Shown: piece by piece, positions 1 through 11,920 of the stretch
How positions within the stretch are numbered: the first letter of the stretch is position 1
Layout of the letters: every line of letters starts with the position of its first letter
Assembly: GCF_902713615.1 (NCBI RefSeq)
Contig: NW_024055476.1
Span: forward strand, 124,001-188,000
Length of the DNA stretch: 64,000 bases
Direction: 5' to 3'
From: Scyliorhinus canicula
Taxonomy: Eukaryota
Made by a program: the position numbers and the translations under genes
Notes under the pieces: model-generated
The model's database searches: none
What the model was told of the DNA's origin: nothing
Seen by the model: the letters and a program-made list of their open reading frames with translations, nothing else

Positions 1-95
1 GCAGATTTGTCTTTGAATGATGGCAGTTTAGGAAACTGGGAAGTGCAACGAGACCTGGGTGTCCAGGTGGGACAGTTGTTATTGATACTCCACGA

Positions 96-293
96 GGGCG
101 ACATGCTGGCGCAGTGGTTAGCATTGCTACCTCACGGCGCCGAGGACCTGGGTTCGAACCGCTGGGGCCACTGCCGTATAGAGTTTGCACATTCTCCGCG
201 TGTCTGCGTGGACCTCACCCCAACCCAAACATGTGCAGGATAGGTGAATTGGCCATGCTAAATTACCACTTGATCTGAAAAATTATAAATAAA
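96..293 (+). mobile_element. tRNA-derived SINE (V-SINE/HE1-like), degenerate
   Basis: tRNA-like head 'gcgcagtggttagcattgctacctcacggcgccgaggacctgggttcgaa' followed by the core seen in other copies; boundaries approximate. Confidence 0.7.
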
Positions 294-413
294 GACCATA
301 TGTATTTTTATATTGCATTAGATCTTGTCACCACCATGCCTCCCTCGTGGAGTATTAATAACAACATAACACAGTGTAGTATAAACAGTGGCCAAATCAA
401 GTGCGATATGATA

Positions 414-741
414 GGGGCAGCAGGGTAGCATGGTGGTTCGCATAAATGCTTCACAGCTCCAGGGTCCCAGGTTCGATTCCCGGCTGGGTCACTGTCTGTG
501 TGGAGTCTGCACGTCCTCCCCTTGTGTGCGTGGGTTTCCTCCCACAGTCCAAAGATGTGCGGGTTAGGTGGATTGCCCATGCTAAATTGCCCGTGGTGTC
601 CTAATAAAAGTAGGGTTAAGGGGGAGGTTGTTGGGTTACGGGTATAGGGTGGATACGTGGGTTTGAGTAGGGCGATCATGGCTCGGCACAACATTGAGGG
701 CCGAAGGGCCTGTTCTGTGCTGTACTGTTCTATGTTCTATG
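414..741 (+). mobile_element. tRNA-derived SINE (V-SINE/HE1-like), near full length
   Basis: A/B-box head (ggtagcatggtggtt...ggttcgattccc), core 'gtgggtttcctcccacagtccaaagatgtg', tail 'ctgtgctgtactgttctatgttctatg'. Same family recurs many times in the window. Confidence 0.8.
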
Positions 742-791
742 AGCAGTGGCATGGTGTGTTACAGCAGTAACTGATACTACTATAATGAAAT

Positions 792-1007
792 AAAAGAGAA
801 AATGCTGGAAAATCTCAGCAGGTCTGACATCATCTGTAGGGAGAAAAAAGAGCTAACGTTTCGAGTCCAATGACTACTTTGACAAAGAGTCTTTCGACTC
901 GAAACTTTAGCTCTTTTCTCTCCCTATAGATGCTGCCAGACCTGCTGAGATTTTCCAGCATTATCTCTTGTGTTTCAGATTGCAGCATCCGCAGTAATTT
1001 GTTTTCA
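792..1007. mobile_element. Fold-back (palindromic) short insertion with 14-bp target-site duplication, probably a Penelope-like remnant
   Basis: Inverted arms ~795-867 and ~896-968; flanked by direct repeat TACTATAATGAAAT at 778-791 and 1008-1021. Penelope assignment is inference. Confidence 0.65.
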
Positions 1008-1959
1008 TACTATAATGAAATGATACACTAAGCTAGACAATGCCTCTGTAGTTTACGAGGTGCAATCTCAGGTAATACCACACAGCACCATGCATCATCG
1101 AAATATGAAAACATTTTAGATAGTAGTAGGAGAAGGCCATTCGGCCCTTCGAACCAGTTTCTCCATCCAACGTGATCACAATGGGTTCTCTATCAAAACT
1201 ATACCCCAGCACATTTTCCACACACTTTGACACATTTAGTGTTCTATTTCCTTCTTAAATATATTCAGTAATATTGCCTGCACAGCCCACTGTCCGAAAA
1301 ATGCTCATTTACAGATTTTATGGATCGTGCCTCCATTTTCACTGCACTTCTTGTTATTGCCTCTGAGTCATGTCTCGGTAATTACTCGCCCCAATGTTAT
1401 CGGAATTAATATTCCACCAGCCAGCTATCAATTGTTTCTTCACTAGAAACTGTAAATTCATACTGGAACATCTGAAGGCACTTTCAGAATGGATGGTTTC
1501 CGAGGATAAACAAAGGGGTCTGCTGTGTGCACACGGTGCAGCATTTGCCTACGATCGGCTCGACCTCATACGCCCATGTTTGCGATTAATTATTTCAAGT
1601 TCTTTCCTCGCAAATATATTTCAATATTTGTGTATCAATGCAGCACTAAACACCAGAACACTTACAAATACGTAAACCACGTCAAAGTATCCGTCAACTA
1701 AAAGCACAATATGTCAGATATTGAAAGAGACAGATTTTTATCAGAGATCAGACTTCAGCTCAGAGTTAGGAAGAGGTGTTTTGATTGATGGAGGCGCAGA
1801 GAATTATCTTGGGGCTGGGAGGGACCGCAAAAGTTGCAGTCAGTAGTTCACCCCAGGGAACAAATTAAAGGCATGGACTCGTCTCTTAATTTGTTTATCA
1901 CCGATCTGTAACTAAAGGGCATGTTGGAATTTAATTGCCCCTCTGGAGACTCTCACTGG

Positions 1960-1965
1960 TATAAA
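1960..1965 (+). promoter_or_regulatory. Putative TATA box of the GPCR gene
   Basis: TATAAA ~75 nt upstream of the exon-1 ATG at 2038; positional evidence only. Confidence 0.35.
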
Positions 1966-2037
1966 TGAGGGACCATTTGGAAGTCTTGCAGACCTAGTAT
2001 GTGCACCTTGCAGAATTCAATTGGTTCCTGAAAGACG

Positions 2038-2107
2038 ATGCATGGACCAGCGAATGGACCATTTTATGCCATTTATTACCCGGCACTCGCTATTATTGGG
2101 GTCCCAG
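2038..2107 (+). CDS. GPR139/GPR142-like class A GPCR, coding exon 1
   Basis: ATG..MHGPANGPFYAIYYPALAIIGVP-G|gtaaga; phase-1 donor matches the phase-1 acceptor at 3690-3691; YYP..A.IGVP is the TM1 start typical of this family. Confidence 0.85.
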
Positions 2108-3691
2108 GTAAGAGCGGAATCTCAACTGCAATATTTATTTTTCTTCTGAATCTTCTTAACTCTTCCCTTTAAGGATCGTGCTGAAAGGTTTATTGCATTA
2201 CGATATATTAGAGTGCATCACTTAATTTTGTATTACAGAGCAGGACAATAAATAGTCAATAAATTACCCTTCACACTTATAGAACAATTATTTATTAGAC
2301 TGCAGAAATATGAGTTAGAATGTTTAGCATTGTACGGACGTTATATTGTTAAACAGTGCAACACATTTGCTACAAATCGTTATTGAGCTACAGGATGGCA
2401 CAGGAATGGGGAGGGATTAGTCTAGTAAGCCACATGAGGTAAGTGAAACAATCAAGAGAATGCTGAAAATGAGGCTTTGTTAGGCAATCATAGAATCAGT
2501 TCAAATGGAGGCGATTCGAATATGTGCCAAACTCTGAAAAGAGTACTGCGCACAGGCTCAGTCCCCTCCGCTTTCCCAATAACCCCTTAGCCTCACCTAA
2601 CCTACACATCTGCTTTAGACACTGAGGGGCAATTTAGAATAGCCAATCCAGCTAAACTGCACATTGTTGGGCTGTGAGAGGCACCCAGAGGAAACCAGAC
2701 AGATACAGGGAGAAAGTTAAAAATCTCCACACAGACAGTAACCCAAGGTCAGAATTGAACCCAGGGCCCTGGCGCTGTGATCGAAGGCCATTTGCAATGG
2801 CTGAACGGGATGTGGTATGCGTTATTCATTAGGAAAAACAGTTTTGGATCATTGAATCATAACATTTACAGTGCACAAGGAGGCCATTCAGCCCATCGAA
2901 TCTGCACCGGCCCTTGGAAAGAGCACCCCACCCAAGCCCACACCTCCACCGTATCCCCATAACCCAGTAACACCACCCAACCTTCCTGGACACGTAAGGG
3001 CAATTTCGCATGGCCAATCCACTTAACCTGAACATCTTTGGAATGTAGGAGGAAACCGGAGCACTTGGAGGAGACCCACGCACACACGTGGAGGATGTGA
3101 AGACTCTGCACAGACAGTGAACCAAGCCGGGAATGGAACCTGAGACCCTGGAGCTGTGAAGTAACTGTGCTAACCACTATGCTACCGTACCGCCCCTTTC
3201 AGTTGAGTTCACTGGCGATGCAAATTGGGAGGGTAGACATATGAAAGTGGTCAATAAGGGTTTGAGTAGCTCTTAAGCTAAGGCAGACTTTCAGACCGGC
3301 GATAAAATGGGCTGTGGAGAAATGTCGAAGTATGCAGTGTCGGTGCTTATGACCGACGGGTTTGGGAATGTGGGCGTTTGGAAGTTCAGCCCATCGTCAA
3401 ACAAGACTTGAATATTGTAAATGGTCTCTAACTTTAGAGGATGGCCAGCCACGGGAATCGACCCAGTGGCCAGAGAGCAGAGTTTGTTGCAGGGACTGAT
3501 TGTGATATTTGATGAATTGACAAACGTTTAATCCAGCATTGGATTTGCATCAAGTAGTAATGGTTTTGGAATAATTGAAATCTGGAGGTGCGAAATGGAC
3601 AGGTCAGGAGGGTTTCGGTAGCGGAATGTATCAGGGAGTCGCTGGTTTTTGGAGTCTGCTCAGTGACGCCATTCTATTTTCTCTATTACAG

Positions 3692-4605
3692 CCAACTTGA
3701 TGGCGATCATCATCCTATCCCGAGGACGGTGCGGACTCTCTCGCTGTATCACCTACTACCTGGTAGCGATAGCAGTGACTGATTTCCTTGTCATGGTCAC
3801 CGCTGTTATCCTCAACCGGATTGGTGGCATTTACTTTAGGTACAGCGTCCTATCAATCACCCCCGGATGCGCTGTCAGCACCGTGCTCGTTTATGCGACC
3901 CGTGATGGTTCAGTCTGGCTGACCGTGGCCTTCACCTTCGACCGTTTTGTATCCATCTGCTGTCAGAGACTGAAGACCCGATACTGCACCGAGAAAACTG
4001 CATTGCTGGTCATAGGAATGGTCATTACCTTGAGCTACGTCAAGAACATCCCTTTTTACTTCACCTACCAGCCCTTGTACGTATTGGACGAGATTCCCTG
4101 GTTCTGTGATATTAAGTCCAGCTATTACACTATCCCATCGTGGCAAGCTTATGACTGGCTCGACCACATATTAACCCCCTTTCTTCCGTTCTTCTTTATT
4201 CTGATGCTCAACGCCCTGACTGTAAGGCACATTGTAGAGGCCAGCAGAGCCCGCAGGAGGCTCAAGGGCTCAGAGAGTGACGGAGATCCAGAGATAGCCA
4301 ACCGCAAGAAGTCGATTGTCCTGCTCTTCGCCATCTCGCTCAGCTTCCTCCTCCTCTGGGTCACATATGTTGGACATTTCCTATACGTTCGGGTTACAGG
4401 TGAGGCCTACTTCACGGGTCTGGATTTCAATGACCCACACTTCATCTTTCAAGAAACGACCAACATGCTTCAGTTACTCAGTTCCTGCAACAACACCTTC
4501 ATCTATGCAGTAGCGCAGACCAAGTTCCGAAATGAGCTGAAGAAGTTTCTCATTTTTCCCTTCGCCATTATCACTGGTTGCTTTAGGTTGAACAGTGCTT
4601 CATGA
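3692..4605 (+). CDS. GPR139/GPR142-like class A GPCR, coding exon 2 (327 aa spliced product)
   Basis: Acceptor ttctctattacag|CC AAC TTG ATG; open frame ANLMAIIILSRGRCGLS...; 7TM hydrophobicity, FTFDRF (DRY-like), TM7 LSSCNNTFIY, helix-8 TKFR; stop at 4605; AATAAA at 4706-4711. Confidence 0.9.
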
Positions 4606-4959
4606 TCATGTTAAAGACTATTAATATACTTAGATGTCGACAGAATCTGAAATCATATTTGTTTACAAAGATGTTACAGCCACACTATTTCATGCTCCTG
4701 AACAAAATAAACTATTTGCAAGACAATTTTATACTCCAGCTTTCGGAATTAACATGAGGTACATATGAAATAGCAGGCAAAGAGTGGTCGAACAAACCAC
4801 ACTGCACGTTCAATGGCAGCTGTAACAATTTTTAAAAAATGCTTATATTACAGTTTTTGATATCATACATTGTACAATGGACAAGGGTATGTGATGCGAT
4901 TACAATATACAAGGACTTTACACCCACCCGCACCCACTCCTTGACCACCTCTGGCCCCT

Positions 4960-5890
4960 GTTTTTGTTGTTTAAAGATACTTTATTCGATCAGATAACGT
5001 AAAATAGGTGAAAGTCATCTATTTACATCAATGCAGCTCTTTCCCCTTCGCCTTCTCTTCTCCCACTTTGTAGATTGGCCCCGCTCCCCCTACCCCCGCC
5101 CCCATCCTTCGTCTCTATTTCGGCGTTTCTTTGGGAGTTCTTTTCTTTGTGGCCTTGCTCTAGGCCCCCGATTATCCGTTCTGGTGTTGCTCCACCCTCC
5201 CCTCCTCTCTCCCTAACCTCCCTCCAAATCTCGTCCCCTCCCTATTTGTTCTCTGTTGTCTCGTTCGTTCGGTCCGCCCCCCGCCCCCCCCCCCTCCCCC
5301 CCCCCCCACAAACACACACACACATGCACAAACTTACCCTCCCCTCGCTCTTTTGGCTGTTGGCTTCGTAAAGATGTTGGAACGCGTGGTGAATTGTCTC
5401 CTCGTTTTTTGGAAGCCCTCCTCCTACCCTCAAATGGCAAATTTTATTTACTCCAGGTGGAGAAATTACGACACGTCTGCCACCCAGTCTGCTGTTGTGA
5501 GTCATGCTGTTGATCTTCAGCTGAGCCGGATTCCTCGGTGGGCGATTAGGGAAGCAAAGGCAAGGGGGTCGACCCCTTTCCCTATGAATAGTTCTGGCTG
5601 GTTCGATACCCCGAAGACTGCCATTCACCGGGCACGCGTCCACCCTCACAACCTTGGACATTGCCTCAATGAAGGCTGTCCAAAACCCGTCAAGTCTGGG
5701 GCATGCCCACAACATGTGGGTGTGGTTGGCTGCGGCTCCCTGGTGCCGTTCACATTTGTCCTCCACCTCCTTATTGTGGTTCTTGTCAGGTGCGCTCTGT
5801 GCACTACTTTCAGTTGCATGAGGTTTAGCCTTGCATAAGCGAAGGTGTTGTTGGCCCTGTTCAGAGCTTCGGTCCAGAGTCTCCACTCGA
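4960..5890 (-). mobile_element. L1/Tx1-type LINE 3' fragment
   Basis: Minus-strand peptide 'ANHTHMLWACPRLDGFWTAF..MSKVV' resembles the C-terminal Cys/His region of L1-clade ORF2; AATAAA and A-rich tail near 4960-4987; frameshifted. Duplicated at ~47568-48499. Confidence 0.6.
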
Positions 5891-5892
5891 TT

Positions 5893-6075
5893 TCTGGTTT
5901 AGCTGACTCGGCTAAATCGCTGGCTTTTAAAGCAGACCAAGCAGGCCAACAGCACGGTTCGATTCCCGTACCAGCCTCCCCGGACAGGCGCCGGAATGTG
6001 GCGACTAGGGGCTTTTCACAGTAACTTCATTGAAGCCTACTCGTGACAATAAGCGATTTTCATTTTTCATTTCAT
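5893..6075 (+). mobile_element. Second tRNA-derived SINE family ('ggcgccggaatgtggcgactagggg' core, (TTCAT)n tail)
   Basis: Same sequence at 23660-23860 (-) and 29495-29665 (+); its 3' half also terminates composite SINEs at ~11927-12225 and ~12555-12838. Confidence 0.7.
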
Positions 6076-6237
6076 TCAAGTTGGTCCTCATATTTTTTCT
6101 GTGTTTCGTCCAGTGGGGAGTGTTCAGTTCCTCCCTCCCAGGTGACACACGTACAGTACTCCTTCTTGCATTGTGCATCTCGGGTCCTTGGCTGTCTTGC
6201 AGTCTCCTTACCTAGAAAGATCTAACCTGTATGTTAA

Positions 6238-6550
6238 GACGGTAGCACAAGTGATTAGCACTGTGGGTTCACCGCGCCAGGATCCCAGGTTCCATTCCTC
6301 GCTGGGTCACTGTCTGTGCGGAGTCTGCACATCCTCCCCGTGTGTGCGTGGGTTTCCACCGGGTGCTCCGGTTTCCTCCCACAGACCAAAGACGTGCAGT
6401 GTAGGTGGATTGGGCAAGCTAAATTACCCTTAGTGACCACAAAGGTTAGAAGGTTTATTGGGTTACGGGGATAGGCTGGAAGTGAGGGCTTAAGTGGGTT
6501 GGTGCAGTCTCGATGGCCGACTGGCCTCCTTCTGCAATGTATGTTCTATG
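6238..6550 (+). mobile_element. V-SINE/HE1-like SINE
   Basis: Same head, core and tail as 414-741. Confidence 0.75.
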
Positions 6551-6554
6551 TCCA

Positions 6555-6725
6555 GACCAGGTTAAAGTCCAACTGCTTTGTTTCAAACACTTGCTTTTGG
6601 AGAGCAGCTCCTTGGAGCAGTGCTCCGAAGGCTAGTGTTTGAAATAAACCTGTTGGACTTTAACCTGGTGTTGTAAGACGTCTTACTGTGCTCACCCCAG
6701 TCCAACACCGGCTTCTCCATATCGA
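6555..6725. mobile_element. Fold-back repeat (probably Penelope-like remnant)
   Basis: Imperfect inverted arms 'ccaggttaaagtccaac...' / '...gttggactttaacctgg'; related non-palindromic copy on the opposite strand at ~27745-27875. Confidence 0.5.
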
Positions 6726-7164
6726 TGTTCCAGTGTTTGTTCCCGTTGGCAGCTGCAGCCTCTCTGTCAGTTCCTCTAAGATCGCTCGCCTGTCCTCTGT
6801 GTAGAAGTCCCCAACGATCCCTGAGGAGATGGAAACAAGGCAGATCCCATGGATGCTCAGTTATTTTAGGCAGATGGTATCAGAGGGAATTGAGCAGGCA
6901 GAGCATCCCGGAATTATGTCGTACGTTCATGGAGATGGTAGCAGAGTGAATGTGTCGATAGTTCAGTTGGCTGGCTGGCTGGTCATGAAGCACACAGCGT
7001 GAGTTCAATTCCTGTGATCCATGCCCTCTCAACCTTGTCCCTCTGCTGAAGTGCATAGAACATAGAACATTACAGCGCAGTACAGGCCCTTCGGCCCACG
7101 ATGTTGCGCCGTCCTGTGAAACCCCTCCAAAGTCCCTCTACACTATTCTGTTATCGTCCATATG

Positions 7165-7963
7165 TGTAGTGCAAATCTAAAGAGCTGGTCATCGACTTCA
7201 GGAAGCAAAGTACTGTAGACACCCCTGTCAGCGTCAACGGGGCCGAGGTGGAGATGGTTAGCAGTTTCAAATTCCTAGGGGTGCACATCACCAAAAATCT
7301 ATCATGGTCCACTCACGTCGACGCTATCACCAAGAAAGCACAACAGCACCTATACTTCCTCAGGAAACTAAGGAAATTCGGCATGTCCACATTAATCCTT
7401 ACCAACTTTTACAGATGCACTATAGAAAGCATCCTATCGGGCTGCATCACAGCCTGGTTTGGCAACTGCTCGGCCCAGGACCGCAAGGAACTTCAGAGAG
7501 TCGTGAATACCGCCCAGTCCATCACACGAACCTGCCTCCCATCCATGGACTCCATCTACACCTCCCGCTGCCGGGGGAAAGCGGGCAGCATAATCAAGGA
7601 TCCCTCCCACCCGGCTTACTCACTTTTCCAACATCTTCCATCGGGCAGGAGATACAGAAGTCTGAGAACACGTACGAACAGACTCAAAAACATCTTCTTC
7701 CCCACTGTCACCAGACTCCTAAATGACCCTCTTATTGACTGACCCCATTAACACTACACCCTGTATGCTTCAACCGATGCCAATGCTTATGTAGTTACAT
7801 TGTATATCTTGTGTTGCCCTATTATGTATTCTCATGTATTTTCTAGAATTTTGTTTAATTCCCTTTTCTTCCATGTACTGAATGATCTGCTGAGCTGCTT
7901 GCAGAAAAATACTTTTCACTGTATCTCGGTACACGTGACAATAAACAAATCCAGTCCAATCCA
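7165..7963 (+). mobile_element. Rex1/Babar-type LINE 3' fragment (RT C-terminus)
   Basis: KSKELVIDFRK...FKFLGVHIT..LSWSTH...KKAQQ.LYFLRKLRK...IIKDPSHP...LPSGRRYRS; (TCCAA)n tail. Duplicated at ~49774-50572. Confidence 0.8.
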
Positions 7964-8049
7964 AACTCTCAGCTAAAATCACCATGAATCAGCTCTCTCG
8001 CAAAAGGAAAGAGCAGCCATGGCCCTCGGGAACTTTTGTTACCTTTGAT

Positions 8050-9140
8050 CGGAGGGAATTGAGCATCAAGAGAGGCACCCTGGAGTGAGTGCAGGGGGAT
8101 GGTGTCAGAGGGAATGGAGCCGGGAGAGAAGATCCCTGGGGTGATATTCAGTGAGTTCAGGGGATGGTATCAAAGTGAATGGAGCAGGGAGAGAGGATCC
8201 CTGGTGTGATGATCAGCGAGTTCAGCGGGATGGTATCAGAGGGAATGGAACAGGGAGAGAGGATCCCTGGTGTGATGATCAGTGAGTTCAGGGGGATGGT
8301 GTAAGAGGGAATGGAGCGGGGCCAGAGGATCCCTGGAGTGATGTTCAGTGAGTTCAGGGGGATGATAGCAGAGTGAATGGAGCAGGGCGAGAGGATCCCT
8401 GGTGTGATGATCAGTGAGTTCAGGAGGATGGTATCAGAGGGAATGGAGCAGGGAGAGAGGATCCCTGGTGTGATGATCAGTGAGTTCAGGGGGATGGTAT
8501 CAGAAGGAATGGAGCCGGGAGAGAGGATCCCTGGGGTGACGTTCAGTGAGTTCAGGGCAATGGTATCAGAGGGAATGGAGCAGGGAGAGAGGATACCTGG
8601 GGTGATGTTCAGTGAGTTCAGGGCAATGGTATCAGAGGGAATGATCAGGGAGAGAGGATCCCTGGGTGATGTTCAGTGAGTTCAGGATGATGGTATCACA
8701 GTGAATGGAGCAAGGAGAGAGGATATCTCGGGTCATGCTCAGTGAGTTCAGGGGGATGATAGCAGAGTGAATGGAGCCGGGAGAGAGGATCCCTGGGGTG
8801 TTCAGTGAGTTCAGCGGGATGATATCAGAGGGACTGAAGCCGGGAAAGAGGATCCCTGGGGTGATGTCCAGTGAGTTCAGCGGGATGATAGCAGAGTGAA
8901 TAGAGCAGGGCGAGAGGCAGGAGAATGGGGATGAGAAAACATCAGCCATGATTGAATGGCGGAGCAGACTTGCTGGGCCGAGTGGCTGAATTCTGCTCCT
9001 ATGTCTTGTTGTCTTATGGTGTTATACCTGGGGTGATGTTCAGTGTGTTCAGCGGGATAGTATCAGGCAGAATGGCGCAGGGAGATGCCTGGCTGATACT
9101 CAATGAGTTCAGGGCGATGGTATCAGAGGGAATGGAGGTT
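8050..9140. repeat. ~63-bp minisatellite
   Basis: Unit ~ gagggaatggagcagggagagaggatccctggggtgatgttcagtgagttcagggggatggtatca; gives the 21-aa periodic pseudo-ORF 8377-8679. Duplicated at ~50660-51750. Confidence 0.9.
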
Positions 9141-9890
9141 ATTATCGATCAATGCATCCTCGAAAATGGAGACAGTGTCAGTTTTAAATGGGCCAAAATG
9201 TAAAGTTTGAAGCAGTCAGTGATTTTGTTTGAACCAGAAAGTGCAGTTTGCGCATGTGCCAGGACAGGGCGATAAAGTGTCTATTTGTATGTTTCAAAGG
9301 GAATTTCGAGTTGATTCTCTCTATTGGATCGGCCATATTCTCTGGCCGTTTCTGCTCTCTAGTGTATCTTATAGGCCCCAAACTCAAGTAATATTTGGAA
9401 ATTCGTACTCGATTTTATGTTGTGTGCGATATACTTTCTAGCCTTTACGGCTCTCCCAAGAGTTTACACCCTCTGTTCTGTCTGCCTTATATACATAGCC
9501 TGCCTTGGGATTATTTATTCGGCCAACATGGAGAATGTTAACCCGTGCTGCAGCGACCCTGGAAGTGTTTAATGAGACAGTGTGAAGGAAACGTTTCTTC
9601 TCCATTCATTGGCTTGATTCGGTGTCTGAAGAAGCAGAGCCCCCTCTCTTCAGAATTACCTGACATGTGACTGTGACTGACCAGAGTACGACTGAAATCA
9701 CCTCGATTCTCCTCGCTCTGCAATGATTCTGTCTCCGGGGTACACGCAGGTGATGCAGTGATTCTTTCACAACAGGGGAAATATTTGTCTGGGAAAGCGA
9801 AACACTGCAATAAGGGGAATGGGCCATCGTCAGGGGACTTTGGAGATAGGAGTTCAGAAAAATCACATTTGGTTCATTTTTCATTCAGGA

Positions 9891-9896
9891 TTTATT
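9891..9896 (-). terminator. Probable poly(A) signal of membrane IgM transcript (copy 1)
   Basis: AATAAA on the minus strand ~400 nt downstream of the TM2 stop. Confidence 0.45.
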
Positions 9897-10298
9897 GAAA
9901 AATTTGGAGAAAGTTTAACAGAAATGTTAATTTTCAAGTTAACAAAGAGCAAGATTACGATTGAGCGTGACATTGAGAAGAGAACACATCAGCTCTGAGC
10001 TGCCAAATGAATGTACAACAGACACCAGAAAGAGGGAACAGGAGCTCAAAATATAGGGAAGGCAATAATTAAGAATAAGGAATTAAAAACGTTACTTATT
10101 TTCAAATGGAAATCAAACTACAGGACAATTATAATCGAAAATTGCAATACGTCCATATTATTTCGTATTTTTCAAACAGAAAAATATTATAAAGTCACCA
10201 GAGGGCATTTCATGATTTCGTAACAGAGATCTTGACAAACAGCTGAATAAAATGTACGACATCCATATCAATAAGTACGACATCCAAAATTCAACCAA

Positions 10299-10307
10299 TC
10301 ACTTGAT
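10299..10307 (-). CDS. IGHM: IgM heavy chain TM2 exon (copy 1), I-K-stop
   Basis: tctgtttttacag|ATC AAG TGA; phase 0 matches TM1; 130-nt intron; gives cytoplasmic tail KIK. Confidence 0.85.
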   Translation of the reverse strand: MK

Positions 10308-10437
10308 CTGTAAAAACAGAAAAAACAATGAAGCAGATGTTTGTGATCTGGGACATTAATATTTTATCAATGAAAAGTTCAGTGAGTTGTCAAACTGCTT
10401 CGATCAGCTAAAGTGTGAGTGGATCGAATGCTCTCAC

Positions 10438-10556
10438 CTTCACTAGGGTGACTGCAGCGCTGTAGGACATGCTCAGGAAGAACAGGGTGATGAATGTGGA
10501 AGCGGTTGTCAAGATGTTGCCATTATCACCCTCATAGTCTTCAGTCCGGATGCTGT
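10438..10556 (-). CDS. IGHM: IgM heavy chain TM1 exon (copy 1)
   Basis: ttctatag|AC..(D)SIRTEDYEGDNGNILTTASTFITLFFLSMSYSAAVTLVK|gtgaga; 119 nt, phase 1 to 0; antigen-receptor TM (CART) pattern T.F..LF.LS..YS..VT. Not in the ORF track. Confidence 0.92.
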
Positions 10557-11139
10557 CTATAGAATCGAAGGGGATATAGCCGAAAATAGTTAAATTGCAC
10601 TTTCATTCAGGGTATCTTTCAGAATTATATATAAATACCTTTATCTTTCTGAAGTAATTTTAGTAATTTACTTTTCATTGTACATTGTTAAATTCGCGAT
10701 ACTCAGAAACCGATCTCTGCATCAATCTCCACACAGCCGTTCGTCCTTTACGTTGCTCAAACAGTCCGTGTCACAAAACACAGCCGCTTTTGTTCAATTT
10801 CAGTTTGTTTTAGAACAATTTGGTATAATTGGAGATTATTATGATTGATACTGAGGGACGTTCATTCAGCTTCTTATTTCGACACTGTGAATGTTGCCGC
10901 TAAGAACCCGGACGTCAGTTCCCATCTTATTTGTTTATTTGCGATGGAAACATTTGTCATGTCGTTTACTGCAGCCAGTTTCTCAGTCAGCACATTGTTT
11001 CAGTGCGTCGTGGGATCATTATGGAATGGGGATATGTTTTGATTGGTATGCCCATTCAAACAGTTACATTAGAAATAAACTGTCATCTTGTTGTTTCTTT
11101 TTGTGCTTAAGTAACTCGTGATTTGCCTTTATCTGTTTG

Positions 11140-11920
11140 TCTCTCGCAATGTGTGTTTGAACATTAATGTGAGTGTTGATGTGCAATGTGTTTTCATCTG
11201 TGATTGCCTGTATATTTTGTGATTCTATCAATGTGTATGTACGAATGAGTTATTTTTGTCTTAAAACCTTTGTTTATTTACGAATAGTTGTGTTAATGCG
11301 TGCTTATGTGTTCATGCCTGCTAATATATGTAGCAATATGTTTATTTGTGCGCCATCTATCTATCAATGTGTGTATGCACATGCGTGTGCATGTGTGTCT
11401 CTGTGAGTGCATTCATGTGTATATTAACGTGTTGATAGATTTATATGCCTATGTTTTTAAATGTGTTTATGTCCCCTTGTATGCTACTATGCATTTTAGT
11501 GTTCTTGAACATAGAACATAGAGTCCCTCCAATGCAGAAAGAGGCCATTTGGTCCTTTGAGTCTGTACTGACCCTCAGAAAGGGCACTCTACACTCTGTG
11601 TTTGTGCGTCCATATAGGCCATTAATGTGCGTGTTCATGTGTTTATACATTTGTGTTAATGTGTATGACAGTGGACGTCATTGTGTCTGCACGAATGTAT
11701 CAGACAACGTGTGCTAATGTATATTTTCATGGTTACATCTGTGTTTCGGTCCTTTTATGATTCTGCTTCTCTTGCAAATAATATATTTGCTTTTGCGTCT
11801 GTTCGTACGCATGTGTGAATCTGCACGATGGTTATTACTGTGTGAGCAATCGTGTGTTTGTCTGTGTGCGTGTGTGTATTTTATGCGGGTCTGCGTGTGC
11901 TCGCATACGACAAACGCACT
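11140..11920. repeat. Degenerate TG/TA-rich low-complexity tract in the Cmu4-TM1 intron
   Basis: Dense tgtgtg/atgtgt words; produces spurious Cys/Val-rich ORFs. Confidence 0.6.

Noticed and set aside
3588-3782. ORF-track start of the GPCR at 3697 (TTG) or upstream ORF 3588-3782 as the N-terminus
   Set aside because: A splice acceptor at 3690-3691 and a matching exon 1 at 2038-2107 give the full TM1.
5075-5886. Pro-rich and 160-250-aa ORFs here and at 18164-19671, 47683-48495, 60778-62284
   Set aside because: They arise from poly-C/poly-G runs and antisense or frameshifted L1-type remnants; frames differ between the two copies.
8377-8949. Periodic ORFs (MEQGERIPGVMISEFR..) as a repeat protein or CRISPR-like array
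   Set aside because: By-product of a 63-bp minisatellite; no unique spacers, no splice context, stops in neighbouring units.
9450-9884. ORFs 9538-9884 as an extra Ig-like exon or 3' enhancer
   Set aside because: No Cys-Trp-Cys spacing, and the reading frame differs between copies; scattered E-boxes are not enough evidence.
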